Shown: positions 14,023-22,567 of the stretch, piece after piece
Numbering within the stretch: the first letter of the stretch is position 1
Layout: every line of letters begins with the position of its first letter
The notes under the pieces: model-generated
Seen by the model: the letters and a program-made list of their open reading frames with translations, nothing else
The model's database searches: none
What the model was told of the DNA's origin: nothing
Translations under genes and position numbers: made by a program
NCBI GenBank assembly: GCA_012086945.1
Contig: GCA_012086945.1_3922.1
Strand: one strand, 5' to 3'
DNA: 24,122 nt
Source of the DNA: a phage

Positions 14023-16257
14023 ATGATTAAGACAATTAAAAAATCAAATGGTACAGTAGTAAACTTTGACCCAGAAAGACTGAATAAGTGGGCATCATGG
14101 GCAGATAAGCGTGGTATTATCTGGTCAGAAGTCACTATGGAAGCCATGAAACGTGTCTATGAAGGTTGCACTACAAAAGAGATGCACCAAGCCATGATTG
14201 ATGTTTGTGTTGATAAACAAACTCAAGAGTACTCAGATATGGCTGGACGGCTACTTCTAGGAATTATCTACAAAGAAGCCTTTGGAGGCTTTACTAAGGT
14301 TCCTACGCTGGTTACCTTCGTTAAAAATATGGAGAGAGCAGGACTTTGGGAGAAGATGGACTATTCTCAGGAAGAGCTTGAATATCTGCAAGGTTACATT
14401 GTGCACTCAAAAGATATCTCTTACGGTTATGCAGTCCTGAAACAGTTCAGAGACAAGTATGGTATCCGTGATATTAAGACGGGAAGACTTTTTGAGTCAC
14501 CACAATTTATGTTTATGGGTATGGCTATGAAAGCCTTTGAGAAGCAACCAAAGCACCGTAGACTGCAAGATGTTATCAAGCTGTACACTTACCTATCTGA
14601 CCTAAAGATTAACGCTCCTACGCCCTATTTAAACGGTTTAAGAGCAACTAAATCGGGCTATGCGTCATGCTGTTTGATTAAGGCAAATGATACTGCCGAA
14701 TCTCTCGGTATTGCTGCAAAGGTTGCTTATGACATGACCACAAAGCAAGCTGGCATTGGGATGCTGATGGAGACTCGTACTATTGGTGATGGTATCCGTC
14801 AAAATACTATTGAGCACATGGGTAAACTGCCTTATTACAAGCTTGTACGTTCATCTGTAGAGGCAAACAAACAGAAGAGCCGTGGTGGTTCAGCTAACAA
14901 CTTCTACACTGCTCTAGACCCGCAGATTGAAGATTTACTACGTTTGAAGCACCCTACAACGGTTCCTTCTAAACGTATTAATGAGATGGACTACTCATTC
15001 GGAACAAACGATTACTTCTGGCAGTGTGTTCAGTATGATACAGATTGGTTGCTATTCTCTTACAAAGATGCACCAAAACTCTATGACATGTTCTACACAG
15101 CATCTGCTGATGAGTTTGCTATGGCAGTTGGTCACGCAGTACATTCAGGAGTTAAGCACAGACGAGTCAAGGCTCGTGAAATTGCTAAGCTGTTTATTCA
15201 ACAGCGTTATGCTACAGGTCGTGTGTATCCATTCTTCACTAACAATGCAAACACACATACACCATTTAAAGAACCATTGAAGATGTCAAATCTTTGTATG
15301 GAAATTGTATTGCCAGTGTATGGTTTTGAGAAAGAGACAGACCTTTACAGAGACGATGCTGTGAAAGAGGATGGTGAGGTGGCTCTTTGCTTCCTAGCTA
15401 GTTTGGTTGCAGGGAGAATTTCAGAAGATGAATACGCTGACGTTGCTTATTATGCTCTTGCAATGGTTGACTCCGTTATTGACCTTATGGATTATCCGTA
15501 TCCGTCGATGCGTAACCATGTTCAGAAGCGTCGTTCTGTTGGGATTGGCCTTACAAATGTGGCTCACTACCTTGCGAAGAACTACGTGAACTACTCTTCA
15601 CGAGCAGGTAAAACGAAACTTCATGAACTTGCTGAAATGCACTCTTACTATCTGCATGAAGCCTCTCTGAGACTTGCTAAAGAGCGTGGTGTTCCAGAAT
15701 ACATGAAGTTCACTAAGTATCCTGAAGGCTGGGTTCCTCCAAAGACAGCTAACAAGAAGATTGATGAAAAGCATGATGCAAAACTACGATATGATTGGGA
15801 TGACTTAGCACAACGTATCAAAGAAAATGGTGGAATCCGAAACTCTGTATTAGAAGCTTACATGCCTAATGAGAGTTCTTCACTAGCAACTAATACGACA
15901 AATGGCTTGTATCCAATTCGTGACTTTATTTTAACTAAAAAGTCTGCAACTGGTAACGTACTGTTTATTGTTCCAGATTATGAAGAGTTGAAGTATGTCT
16001 ATGAAATTGCTTGGGATATTGACACCTTTGACCTGATTGATTGTTATGCAATTGTTCAAAAGTTCACTGGTCAAGCTATCTCTTCAGATTTCTATGTTGA
16101 CTACGCAAAAGCTAAGAAGGTATCATTGGCTCAAGCTCTGAAGTACATGATTTATGCCAACTCGGTAGGTATGAAAACCATGTACTACCTTAACAGTCGC
16201 ATTGGTGTAGGTAAATCTGCACTGCAAGATGCTTATTGCGAGGGTTGTGGTGTTTAG
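14023..16257 (+). CDS. nrdA: ribonucleotide reductase class Ia large subunit
   Basis: PQFMFMGMAMKA, INAPTPYLNGLRATKSGYASCCLIKA, NLCMEIVLP and C-terminal CEGCGV tail; parallels recalled T4 NrdA; 744 aa. Confidence 0.9.
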   Translation: MIKTIKKSNGTVVNFDPERLNKWASWADKRGIIWSEVTMEAMKRVYEGCTTKEMHQAMIDVCVDKQTQEYSDMAGRLLLGIIYKEAFGGFTKVPTLVTFVKNMERAGLWEKMDYSQEELEYLQGYIVHSKDISYGYAVLKQFRDKYGIRDIKTGRLFESPQFMFMGMAMKAFEKQPKHRRLQDVIKLYTYLSDLKINAPTPYLNGLRATKSGYASCCLIKANDTAESLGIAAKVAYDMTTKQAGIGMLMETRTIGDGIRQNTIEHMGKLPYYKLVRSSVEANKQKSRGGSANNFYTALDPQIEDLLRLKHPTTVPSKRINEMDYSFGTNDYFWQCVQYDTDWLLFSYKDAPKLYDMFYTASADEFAMAVGHAVHSGVKHRRVKAREIAKLFIQQRYATGRVYPFFTNNANTHTPFKEPLKMSNLCMEIVLPVYGFEKETDLYRDDAVKEDGEVALCFLASLVAGRISEDEYADVAYYALAMVDSVIDLMDYPYPSMRNHVQKRRSVGIGLTNVAHYLAKNYVNYSSRAGKTKLHELAEMHSYYLHEASLRLAKERGVPEYMKFTKYPEGWVPPKTANKKIDEKHDAKLRYDWDDLAQRIKENGGIRNSVLEAYMPNESSSLATNTTNGLYPIRDFILTKKSATGNVLFIVPDYEELKYVYEIAWDIDTFDLIDCYAIVQKFTGQAISSDFYVDYAKAKKVSLAQALKYMIYANSVGMKTMYYLNSRIGVGKSALQDAYCEGCGV

Positions 16258-16270
16258 TTTTAACAACTAT

Positions 16271-16290
16271 GAGGGTCGTAAAAGACCCTC
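16271..16290 (+). other. perfect hairpin GAGGGTC-gtaaaa-GACCCTC without T-tract in the nrdA-nrdB spacer
   Basis: Inverted repeat read from sequence; followed by A-rich rather than T-rich sequence. Confidence 0.4.
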
Positions 16291-16311
16291 TAAAAATAAC
16301 TTTGGAGAGAC

Positions 16312-16570
16312 CATGAAAGATTTAATAGAAAAACATGAGCGACCAATATACTTGCTCTACAAACCCCGCAAAACATTGTACTATGTGAGTAGCACAGGTA
16401 TCATGATAAAGCAGAATGATGACTTATGGGTCACTGGAGCCTCTTACATCTCTACAGCAGATGGTAAAATCTACGCAAGACCTTATGAGATGTTTAACAA
16501 AGAAAATTGGGAAGTTTTAGACAGAAAACAAGCCTTAGAAATGATAAAGAAAGGAGAAATCACACTATGA
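16312..16570 (+). CDS. small hypothetical protein between nrdA and nrdB (about 85 aa, MKDLIEKHERP...)
   Basis: Track ORF 16229..16570 shortened: GGAGAG precedes ATG 16312, and the longer form would run through the hairpin; stop overlaps the nrdB start. Confidence 0.4.
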
Positions 16571-17640
16571 TTAACCAGCACCCAATCTTTTTAGGTGGTG
16601 AGAGAAAAACTTTTGACTCACTTAATAAGCACTACCCAAAAATCTTTGAACTTTATAAACAACAAAAAGCACAAGACTGGTCAGAAGATGAGTTCCCTTT
16701 TGAACAATCACGTCTTGATTTTGAGAGTGTCCCAGCATCAATGTCAGGTGTAATGCTTGAGATTCTTAAGTGGCAATGGGAAGCAGATACTCAAGTTGCT
16801 AAGAGCTTGGCATTTGCCTTTGCACCCTTTATCTCTGATGACATCTACGCAACTGCAATTATGAAGCAGTCTGAGATTGAGAACCTTCATGCTTTGACTT
16901 ACTCAGAGATTGTAAGGCAATGTATTAAAAACCCTGAAACAATCTTAGATGAGATTAACCAGAATGTTGCTGTGCAAGACCGATTAAAAACTGTGAATCG
17001 TGTTCTTGAAGAATTACTGGATGAAGGTATAAACTATCGTCTGAGTTATGTGCGTGATTCACTTCTGGACAAAGACCCTTTGCACTTCCATAAAGTGATT
17101 CTGAAAGGACTGTTTGCAGTGACTGCACTTGAAGGTATATCTTTTATGGCATCCTTTGCATGTACTTTTGCACTTGATGCTCAAGATAAATTTCAGGGTA
17201 TTGCTCAAGCTGTCCAGAAAATTATGCTTGACGAAATCCTTCACACTAAAATTGATATTGAAGTTTTAAAAGAAACTTTAAGAGATGACGAGTGGCAGAA
17301 AGCTTTTCAACAAATTCTTCCAGAGATTAAAGTAATCTTAGATGAAGTAGTTGAAAGTGAAGAGAAATGGTCGTATTATATCTTCTCTGAAGGACGTGCT
17401 GTAGTTGGGTTAAATACAAAACTTCTTCATGAGTGGGTTTACTATAATGCTGCCCCACTGTATGATATGTTTGGCATTCCCAGAGATTTTGTAGCTCCTA
17501 AAGAACCACCTTTGAAGTACATGATTAAGAAGATGGAAATTGATAAAGAGCAGAATGCTAATCAGGAGCAACAGAACGGTGCGTACCTATTGAATACTGT
17601 TGTAGATGATTTGAATAGTGGATTTTTAGAGGTTCCTTAA
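16567..17640 (+). CDS. nrdB: ribonucleotide reductase class Ia small subunit
   Basis: Ferritin-like di-iron/radical region (ALEGISFMASFACTFAL, DEILHT); start at ATG 16567 (MINQHPIF...) preceded by AAAGGAGA; the track N-terminal extension is not supported. Confidence 0.88.
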   Translation: MINQHPIFLGGERKTFDSLNKHYPKIFELYKQQKAQDWSEDEFPFEQSRLDFESVPASMSGVMLEILKWQWEADTQVAKSLAFAFAPFISDDIYATAIMKQSEIENLHALTYSEIVRQCIKNPETILDEINQNVAVQDRLKTVNRVLEELLDEGINYRLSYVRDSLLDKDPLHFHKVILKGLFAVTALEGISFMASFACTFALDAQDKFQGIAQAVQKIMLDEILHTKIDIEVLKETLRDDEWQKAFQQILPEIKVILDEVVESEEKWSYYIFSEGRAVVGLNTKLLHEWVYYNAAPLYDMFGIPRDFVAPKEPPLKYMIKKMEIDKEQNANQEQQNGAYLLNTVVDDLNSGFLEVP

Positions 17641-17882
17641 TGACTTATGTAATTTACTCCAAAACTGGATGCCCTCAGTGTGAGACCGCAAAGAATTTTG
17701 CAAAAGCTCGTGGTATTGACCATGTTGTGAGAATGTTAGGGCATGACTATGAGCTATCAGACCTGATGGATATTGCACAGATGCCAGTTCGTCAGATGCC
17801 ATTCATCATGAAAACTGATGGACAAAACCTAAAACCTGTTGGAACGCTACAGAATTTTATGGCAGAGGTGAATAATGCTTAA
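17640..17882 (+). CDS. glutaredoxin / NrdH-like small redoxin
   Basis: 80 aa, CPQC active site near the N-terminus (SKTGCPQCETAK), adjacent to nrdAB; start overlaps the nrdB stop (TAATG). Confidence 0.7.
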   Translation: MTYVIYSKTGCPQCETAKNFAKARGIDHVVRMLGHDYELSDLMDIAQMPVRQMPFIMKTDGQNLKPVGTLQNFMAEVNNA

Positions 17883-18081
17883 ACGACTTTGGGAAGGTTT
17901 GGTTGTTGATGCACCAGCCATTGTGATTGGTATGCTTGTTGTTAACCTATTTACTGATTTTGAACAAGGTTCATTGTTTGGGGCCATGTTACTATGGGTT
18001 ATCTTTGAAATATTAGAGATACAGCTAGGCATCACTGAAAAACTGAGAAAACTCGTTTCTAAGTTTTCTAAAAAGATTTAA
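17875..18081 (+). CDS. possible small membrane protein (68 aa)
   Basis: Two hydrophobic stretches (AIVIGMLVVNLF, GAMLLWVIFEIL); overlaps the glutaredoxin stop; followed by a terminator. Confidence 0.35.
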   Translation: MLKRLWEGLVVDAPAIVIGMLVVNLFTDFEQGSLFGAMLLWVIFEILEIQLGITEKLRKLVSKFSKKI

Positions 18082-18086
18082 AATGA

Positions 18087-18110
18087 AAGGGTCTCTTCGG
18101 AGACCTTTTT
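18087..18110 (+). terminator. rho-independent terminator with UUCG tetraloop
   Basis: GGTCTC-TTCG-GAGACC stem-loop followed by TTTTT. Confidence 0.7.
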
Positions 18111-18129
18111 AGCATGTAAAGGGGCAATA

Positions 18130-20274
18130 ATGAACAAAGTACAGATTATTAAAAAGAATGGCTCACTTGAAGAACCTGATATCAAAAAAGTTTTAGCGGC
18201 AGTAACAAAGTCAGCTAACAGGGTTGGATATAAAGAACTGCCACCAGATGTTACCCAAGCTCTTGAGTCAGCATTCATGAGGATTTTGGTAAAGTCCACT
18301 AAGCAGAATAATTTGCTTATCTCGGTAAATGATATTCACAGTATTGTTGAGGGTGCTTTGGCAGAAGTCAATCACGAGATTTATGAGTCTTACTCAACAT
18401 ATAGAAATTACCGTAAAGAGGTTGCTCAAAATTGGGATGAACTCTACCAGAAGACCAAAGATACACTCTTCTTAGGAGACCGAGAAAACGCTAATTTTGA
18501 CAGCAGTTTAATTTCTACAAAAGGCTCAATTATTCGTGGTTACCTGACTAAAGAAATCTTTAAACAGTATCATCTAACACCAGAGGAACTTGAAGCCATT
18601 GAGAAAGGCTTTATCTATATCCACGATTTGAGAGACCTGATTTTTGGTGGTATTAACTGTTGCCTGTTTGACATTGGTAAAGTACTAAAAGGTGGCTTTG
18701 AAATGTCCGGCATTGAGTACTGTGAACCTAAATCTGTACTGTCAGCGTTGCAGGTTATTGGTGACGTAGTACTTTCAGCAACTGCACAGCAATTTGGTGG
18801 TTTTACTTTAGCAGAGATTGATAAGGTACTTGTACCGTATGCTAAGAAGTCTCTATGCTATCATGCTGAGAAAGCATCATCTTATGGTATTCCTAAAGAG
18901 CATTACCACAATTATGTAATGGAGCAGTTACAAATTGAACTGACTCAGGGTTTTCAGTCACTTGAGATGAAACTAAATACCGTACCTTGTAGCCGTGGTG
19001 ATTTTGCATTCACAACTTTAACATTTGGTTTACTTGACTCAGATATGTCTAATGAGGATAATCGACTCCAATACATGATTGCAAGTACTCTCCTAGATGT
19101 TCGTATGAATGGACAAGGCAAGAGCAAAAAACCTGTTGTATTCCCTAAACTGGTTTATATTTATGACCAGAAGAGACATGATGAAAATATCTGTCAAGGT
19201 CACCTGTACAGTAAAGCCATCGAGTGTTGCTCTAAAGCAATGTACCCAGATTTCTTAAGTGTGTCTGGTCATGGTGCTGTAGTAGAGGCTTTTGAGCGTT
19301 CTGGTAAGGTAATTTCACCGATGGGTTGCAGAGCCTTTTTATCTCCATATCTTAATGAGGGTGGAGAAGAGTTCTACGTTGGTCGTGCTAACATTGGTGC
19401 TGTATCTTTGAACTTACCAATGATTTACCAGTATTCTAAAGAGAATGGTTTAGATTTCTGGAAAGAGCTTGATAAGCACCTAGAGATGATTCGCAACTTC
19501 CACAAGAAACGCTACGAAATGATTGCTAATATGCCAGCAAGTTCTAACCCTCTTGCATTCACACAAGGTGGTCTGTACAAAGGAACTAAGAAACCTACTG
19601 ACAAGGTTGGTTGGGATATTGTGAAGTCCTTCACAGCTTCTTTTGGTGTTACTGCGCTTGATGAGTTGTCTGTTCTTGCTGAAGGTAAACGACTTCATGA
19701 AGTTGGAAGCTATAGTTTTGCATATGATGTTCTGGCATACATCAACATGAAAATCGAAGAGTTTAAAAATGAAGATGGCTTCTTATATGCCGTCTATGGT
19801 ACTCCAGCAGAATCACTATGTGGGACTCAGCTAAAACAGTTCAGAGATATGTTTGGCGTTATCAAAGGTGTTTCTGACAAGGAATACTTTACAAACAGTT
19901 TCCATATGAATGTTGCAGCAGACATCTCACCATTTGAGAAGCAGGACTTAGAAGAACCATTCTTCCATATCTGTAGAGGCGGTAGAATCCAGTATGTAAG
20001 AGTAGCTAACCCAGAAAACTTATCAGCACTTAAAAGTTGTATTACAAGAGGGATGTTGAAAGGTTTCTATCAGGGACTTAACTTTGACTTAGCAATCTGT
20101 GAGCATTGTGGTAACAGACCAAAATCAGATGTTGAAGAGTGTGAAGTTTGTCACTCACATGATATCTCTGTGATTAACAGGGTGTGTGGGTATCTTGGAT
20201 GGACTAAGATTAAAGGTGAATCCCGAATGAACGATGCAAAAATCGCTGAGATTCGTGACAGAGTTTCTATGTAA
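18130..20274 (+). CDS. nrdD: anaerobic ribonucleoside-triphosphate reductase (class III)
   Basis: C-terminal zinc ribbon CEHCGN...CEVCHSHD and glycyl-radical motif RVCGYLG; 714 aa. Confidence 0.9.
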   Translation: MNKVQIIKKNGSLEEPDIKKVLAAVTKSANRVGYKELPPDVTQALESAFMRILVKSTKQNNLLISVNDIHSIVEGALAEVNHEIYESYSTYRNYRKEVAQNWDELYQKTKDTLFLGDRENANFDSSLISTKGSIIRGYLTKEIFKQYHLTPEELEAIEKGFIYIHDLRDLIFGGINCCLFDIGKVLKGGFEMSGIEYCEPKSVLSALQVIGDVVLSATAQQFGGFTLAEIDKVLVPYAKKSLCYHAEKASSYGIPKEHYHNYVMEQLQIELTQGFQSLEMKLNTVPCSRGDFAFTTLTFGLLDSDMSNEDNRLQYMIASTLLDVRMNGQGKSKKPVVFPKLVYIYDQKRHDENICQGHLYSKAIECCSKAMYPDFLSVSGHGAVVEAFERSGKVISPMGCRAFLSPYLNEGGEEFYVGRANIGAVSLNLPMIYQYSKENGLDFWKELDKHLEMIRNFHKKRYEMIANMPASSNPLAFTQGGLYKGTKKPTDKVGWDIVKSFTASFGVTALDELSVLAEGKRLHEVGSYSFAYDVLAYINMKIEEFKNEDGFLYAVYGTPAESLCGTQLKQFRDMFGVIKGVSDKEYFTNSFHMNVAADISPFEKQDLEEPFFHICRGGRIQYVRVANPENLSALKSCITRGMLKGFYQGLNFDLAICEHCGNRPKSDVEECEVCHSHDISVINRVCGYLGWTKIKGESRMNDAKIAEIRDRVSM

Positions 20275-20284
20275 AACTTGACAT

Positions 20285-20322
20285 GGTGGTGTGAGTCTTG
20301 ATAGGCTTACATCACCTTTTTT
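20285..20322 (+). terminator. rho-independent terminator candidate after nrdD
   Basis: GGTGGTGTGAG ... CTTACATCACC stem (with G-U pairs) followed by TTTTTT. Confidence 0.5.
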
Positions 20323-20336
20323 ATTGGATGTTAGAT

Positions 20337-20453
20337 ATGGCAGAGAGTATTATTGGGTTGTTCATAGGTTCTGTCTTACTAGGGTTCTTTTTAGGACTCT
20401 CTTATTGTGAATTAAGAGGCAAGTTAAAATGTTTAAAATATCAAAAGCGTTGA
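20337..20453 (+). CDS. possible small hydrophobic peptide (38 aa, MAESIIGLFIGSVLLGFFLGLSYCELRGKLKCLKYQKR)
   Basis: Hand translated; one predicted transmembrane helix; weak SD. Confidence 0.25.
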   Translation: MAESIIGLFIGSVLLGFFLGLSYCELRGKLKCLKYQKR

Positions 20454-20629
20454 TATACATTCTCCACATTCTAATCTTCTTCTTTGGGGTTAGTGTTATG
20501 GTATGGGGTTTTTCAGACCCACAATGGAGTTTCGCATATCAGGGTCAGATGGATTTATGGTCATGCTTCAAACCATTTTTAGGGTTAGTCATAGCATTCA
20601 GTGCATTGCCAACTAAGGTGAAATTATGA
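20429..20629 (+). CDS. small membrane protein (66 aa)
   Basis: Two hydrophobic segments (ALIYILHILIFFFGVSVMVWGF, FLGLVIAFSAL); stop overlaps the next start. Confidence 0.4.
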   Translation: MFKISKALIYILHILIFFFGVSVMVWGFSDPQWSFAYQGQMDLWSCFKPFLGLVIAFSALPTKVKL

Positions 20630-21021
20630 TTAAGTTGAACAAAAAACAGTTAGAGTGGATTAAAGATTATGCCTCAGAGTGTGGCTCTTGCGAAAAGAAT
20701 CACGTAAGATATTCAACATTCCATACGACCTTCACATTGTACATCAGCGACAACGTTCTAAGTGATTCCGTAGAAGATGGTGTAGCGTTACCTAATGAAT
20801 TGCTTGACAAATTAGCTGTAGTCTCTGGAACTTGGTCTGAAGAAGACGGTCATGAATTATCTAACGATGTTGTCTTCTACACTCTTGAAAATATTATGAA
20901 TCCAGAGTACATTATGCTAATGACTTGTGCACAAGATTGTGTGCCATTACAAAACTTCATTAAAGAACACTGCGAAGAATTTATTACTAAACAGGTTCCT
21001 TGTCAGGTGGTGTTTGAATGA
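20626..21021 (+). CDS. hypothetical Cys-containing protein (131 aa)
   Basis: Track ORF; start and stop both overlap neighbours (translational coupling); no recognised motif. Confidence 0.5.
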   Translation: MIKLNKKQLEWIKDYASECGSCEKNHVRYSTFHTTFTLYISDNVLSDSVEDGVALPNELLDKLAVVSGTWSEEDGHELSNDVVFYTLENIMNPEYIMLMTCAQDCVPLQNFIKEHCEEFITKQVPCQVVFE

Positions 21022-21317
21022 GTAAAACAATTCGAAGAAAAGGTTTAAAGAACGTTCATGGACTCTATGAGTGGAGAAATGAGGTACGTAACAGAGAAAA
21101 TGCTTCAGATGTCTACTTCCATTCTGATATGATGTCCAGAAAAGGTGGCTCTTACGACTTCACAAGCCAGCCTTGTAGAGAGATTAAGAAGGCCACTAAA
21201 CGTCTTACAAGAACACAAATAAGGCAGCTTTCTAAGACATCCTTCTTAGATGAAGATTTTGATATTGATAGCAAGTCTCCAAAGAAAGCCGCTAAGAACA
21301 CTTATATGTATTGGTGA
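21018..21317 (+). CDS. hypothetical basic protein (99 aa)
   Basis: Track ORF coupled to the upstream gene; directly precedes nrdG. Confidence 0.5.
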   Translation: MSKTIRRKGLKNVHGLYEWRNEVRNRENASDVYFHSDMMSRKGGSYDFTSQPCREIKKATKRLTRTQIRQLSKTSFLDEDFDIDSKSPKKAAKNTYMYW

Positions 21318-21326
21318 GGTAACTAG

Positions 21327-21812
21327 ATGAATTACATGGAGATTCGACCATTTGACACAGCTAATGGTGAAGGGGTTCGTGTAAGCCTCTTCGTAGCTGG
21401 TTGTAAGCATCACTGTGAAGGTTGCTTTAATAAGGAATCTTGGAAGTTTAATGCTGGTAAAGAGTTCACTTATGCAAACCTTTATGGCATCATTAAGTTA
21501 ATGAATGATAATGCCATCAGTGGGCTGTCAATACTTGGTGGAGAACCTCTGGATGATAGAAACATTCAAGAGGTTACCAACATATGCAAACGTATTAAAA
21601 CCGTTTACCCAGAAAAATCTATCTGGCTCTGGACAGGTTTTCAGTTACACGAAAAAATTCACCTAGATGTGATGAAATATATTGACGTGGTGATTGATGG
21701 TAAGTATGATTCATCTAAACCAACAGTTAAACCATATCGTGGTTCTGATAACCAAAACCTCTGGAGAAAAGAGTATGGGTGGCAAGGTGATTGTCAGTGG
21801 CGAGCCGAGTAA
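21327..21812 (+). CDS. nrdG: anaerobic RNR activating enzyme (radical SAM)
   Basis: GVRVSLFVAGCKHHCEGCFN carries the CxxxCxxC radical-SAM cluster motif typical of NrdG; GAGG upstream. Confidence 0.88.
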   Translation: MNYMEIRPFDTANGEGVRVSLFVAGCKHHCEGCFNKESWKFNAGKEFTYANLYGIIKLMNDNAISGLSILGGEPLDDRNIQEVTNICKRIKTVYPEKSIWLWTGFQLHEKIHLDVMKYIDVVIDGKYDSSKPTVKPYRGSDNQNLWRKEYGWQGDCQWRAE

Positions 21813-21935
21813 GTCTCGTCGTAAAGTAGGTTATCGGTAAAGGCCACTTTACAATGTTCTACAGAACAAACTTAACCGTTTGGTGTCACTGAAGAGCAAC
21901 TTAAAACCTTTTGTGAAAAGATTGAGAGATATGAA

Positions 21936-22193
21936 ATGGGACTCTGGAATAGTTTTAAATTAAAAGTAAAAGCAGCACTAGCTTCATTAGGTATGCTCAC
22001 TGGTGTTGATGTGACTCATCTTATGCAGAATTTTAAGATGGATGAGAGGCTGGCTAATGAGATTATGGAAAGTATCTATGTAGGCCGTGGCAAAGGTGGT
22101 AAGAAACAAGCCCACCGCCAATCCGGTGCAGCAGCTATTAAACGAGCAGCTAAGAAAGCTCGTAACCGTAAACGTAACAAGAAGGTTAAATAA
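21936..22193 (+). CDS. hypothetical protein with strongly basic C-terminal tail (85 aa)
   Basis: C-terminus GKKQAHRQSGAAAIKRAAKKARNRKRNKKVK. Confidence 0.45.
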   Translation: MGLWNSFKLKVKAALASLGMLTGVDVTHLMQNFKMDERLANEIMESIYVGRGKGGKKQAHRQSGAAAIKRAAKKARNRKRNKKVK

Positions 22194-22195
22194 CC

Positions 22196-22516
22196 ATGAG
22201 CAAAGTTTATAACACTCGTAAATTACAGATTTTCGTACTGTGCCAGTTTATGGCTAAAGAATACAACTTCTACTATTGTGGTACAGGTTTTATTAGTGAT
22301 GATGATGGCTCATACCTCCCATTCAAAGAGGCTGTAAAACTCTTCAATGAAGAGAAAAGCTCTAAGAAAGATATTGAAAAGGTTAAGCTAACCTACAGCA
22401 AGAGAGATAAGAAGATTATCTGCCTAGATAACTTTGTGAAAGTTACTGGAGAAGCAAAAGAGTTTATGGATGAGAGTGAGATTTCATTCACAAGCATCTT
22501 GAAAGTAGCTCAGTAA
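22196..22516 (+). CDS. hypothetical protein (106 aa)
   Basis: Starts 2 nt after the previous stop; followed by a terminator. Confidence 0.45.
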   Translation: MSKVYNTRKLQIFVLCQFMAKEYNFYYCGTGFISDDDGSYLPFKEAVKLFNEEKSSKKDIEKVKLTYSKRDKKIICLDNFVKVTGEAKEFMDESEISFTSILKVAQ

Positions 22517-22527
22517 ACAGATACTAT

Positions 22528-22553
22528 AAGGGGACTGTAAAGGTTCCCTTTTT
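22528..22553 (+). terminator. rho-independent terminator candidate
   Basis: AAGGGGA ... TTCCCTT stem followed by TTTTT. Confidence 0.5.
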
Positions 22554-22567
22554 ATTTTGGAGATAAC

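Noticed and set aside
16229-16570. Long N-terminal extensions of the track ORFs 16229..16570 and 16507..17640
   Set aside because: The 16229 form would read through the terminator-like hairpin and lacks an SD. The nrdB extension overlaps the upstream ORF, whereas ATG 16567 has a strong SD.
10402-19698. Other embedded track ORFs (10402..10614 -, 12593..12814 -, 14981..15280 +, 15407..15589 +, 17059..17244 -, 17847..18035 -, 18078..18299 -, 19480..19698 -)
   Set aside because: Each lies inside or antisense to a gene with clear motif support (exonuclease, nrdA, nrdB, nrdD and others); treated as spurious.
14023-20274. Inteins or group I introns in nrdA, nrdB, nrdD, the polymerase or the helicase
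   Set aside because: All reading frames are continuous and no intein splice-junction signatures were seen. The length difference in the polymerase is more simply an insertion domain. Cannot be fully excluded without alignment.
20278-20306. Promoter from TTGACA at 20278..20283 after nrdD
   Set aside because: No acceptable -10 at 16 to 18 bp spacing (ATAGGC, TAGGCT). The sequence is better explained as the 5' flank and stem of the terminator hairpin.
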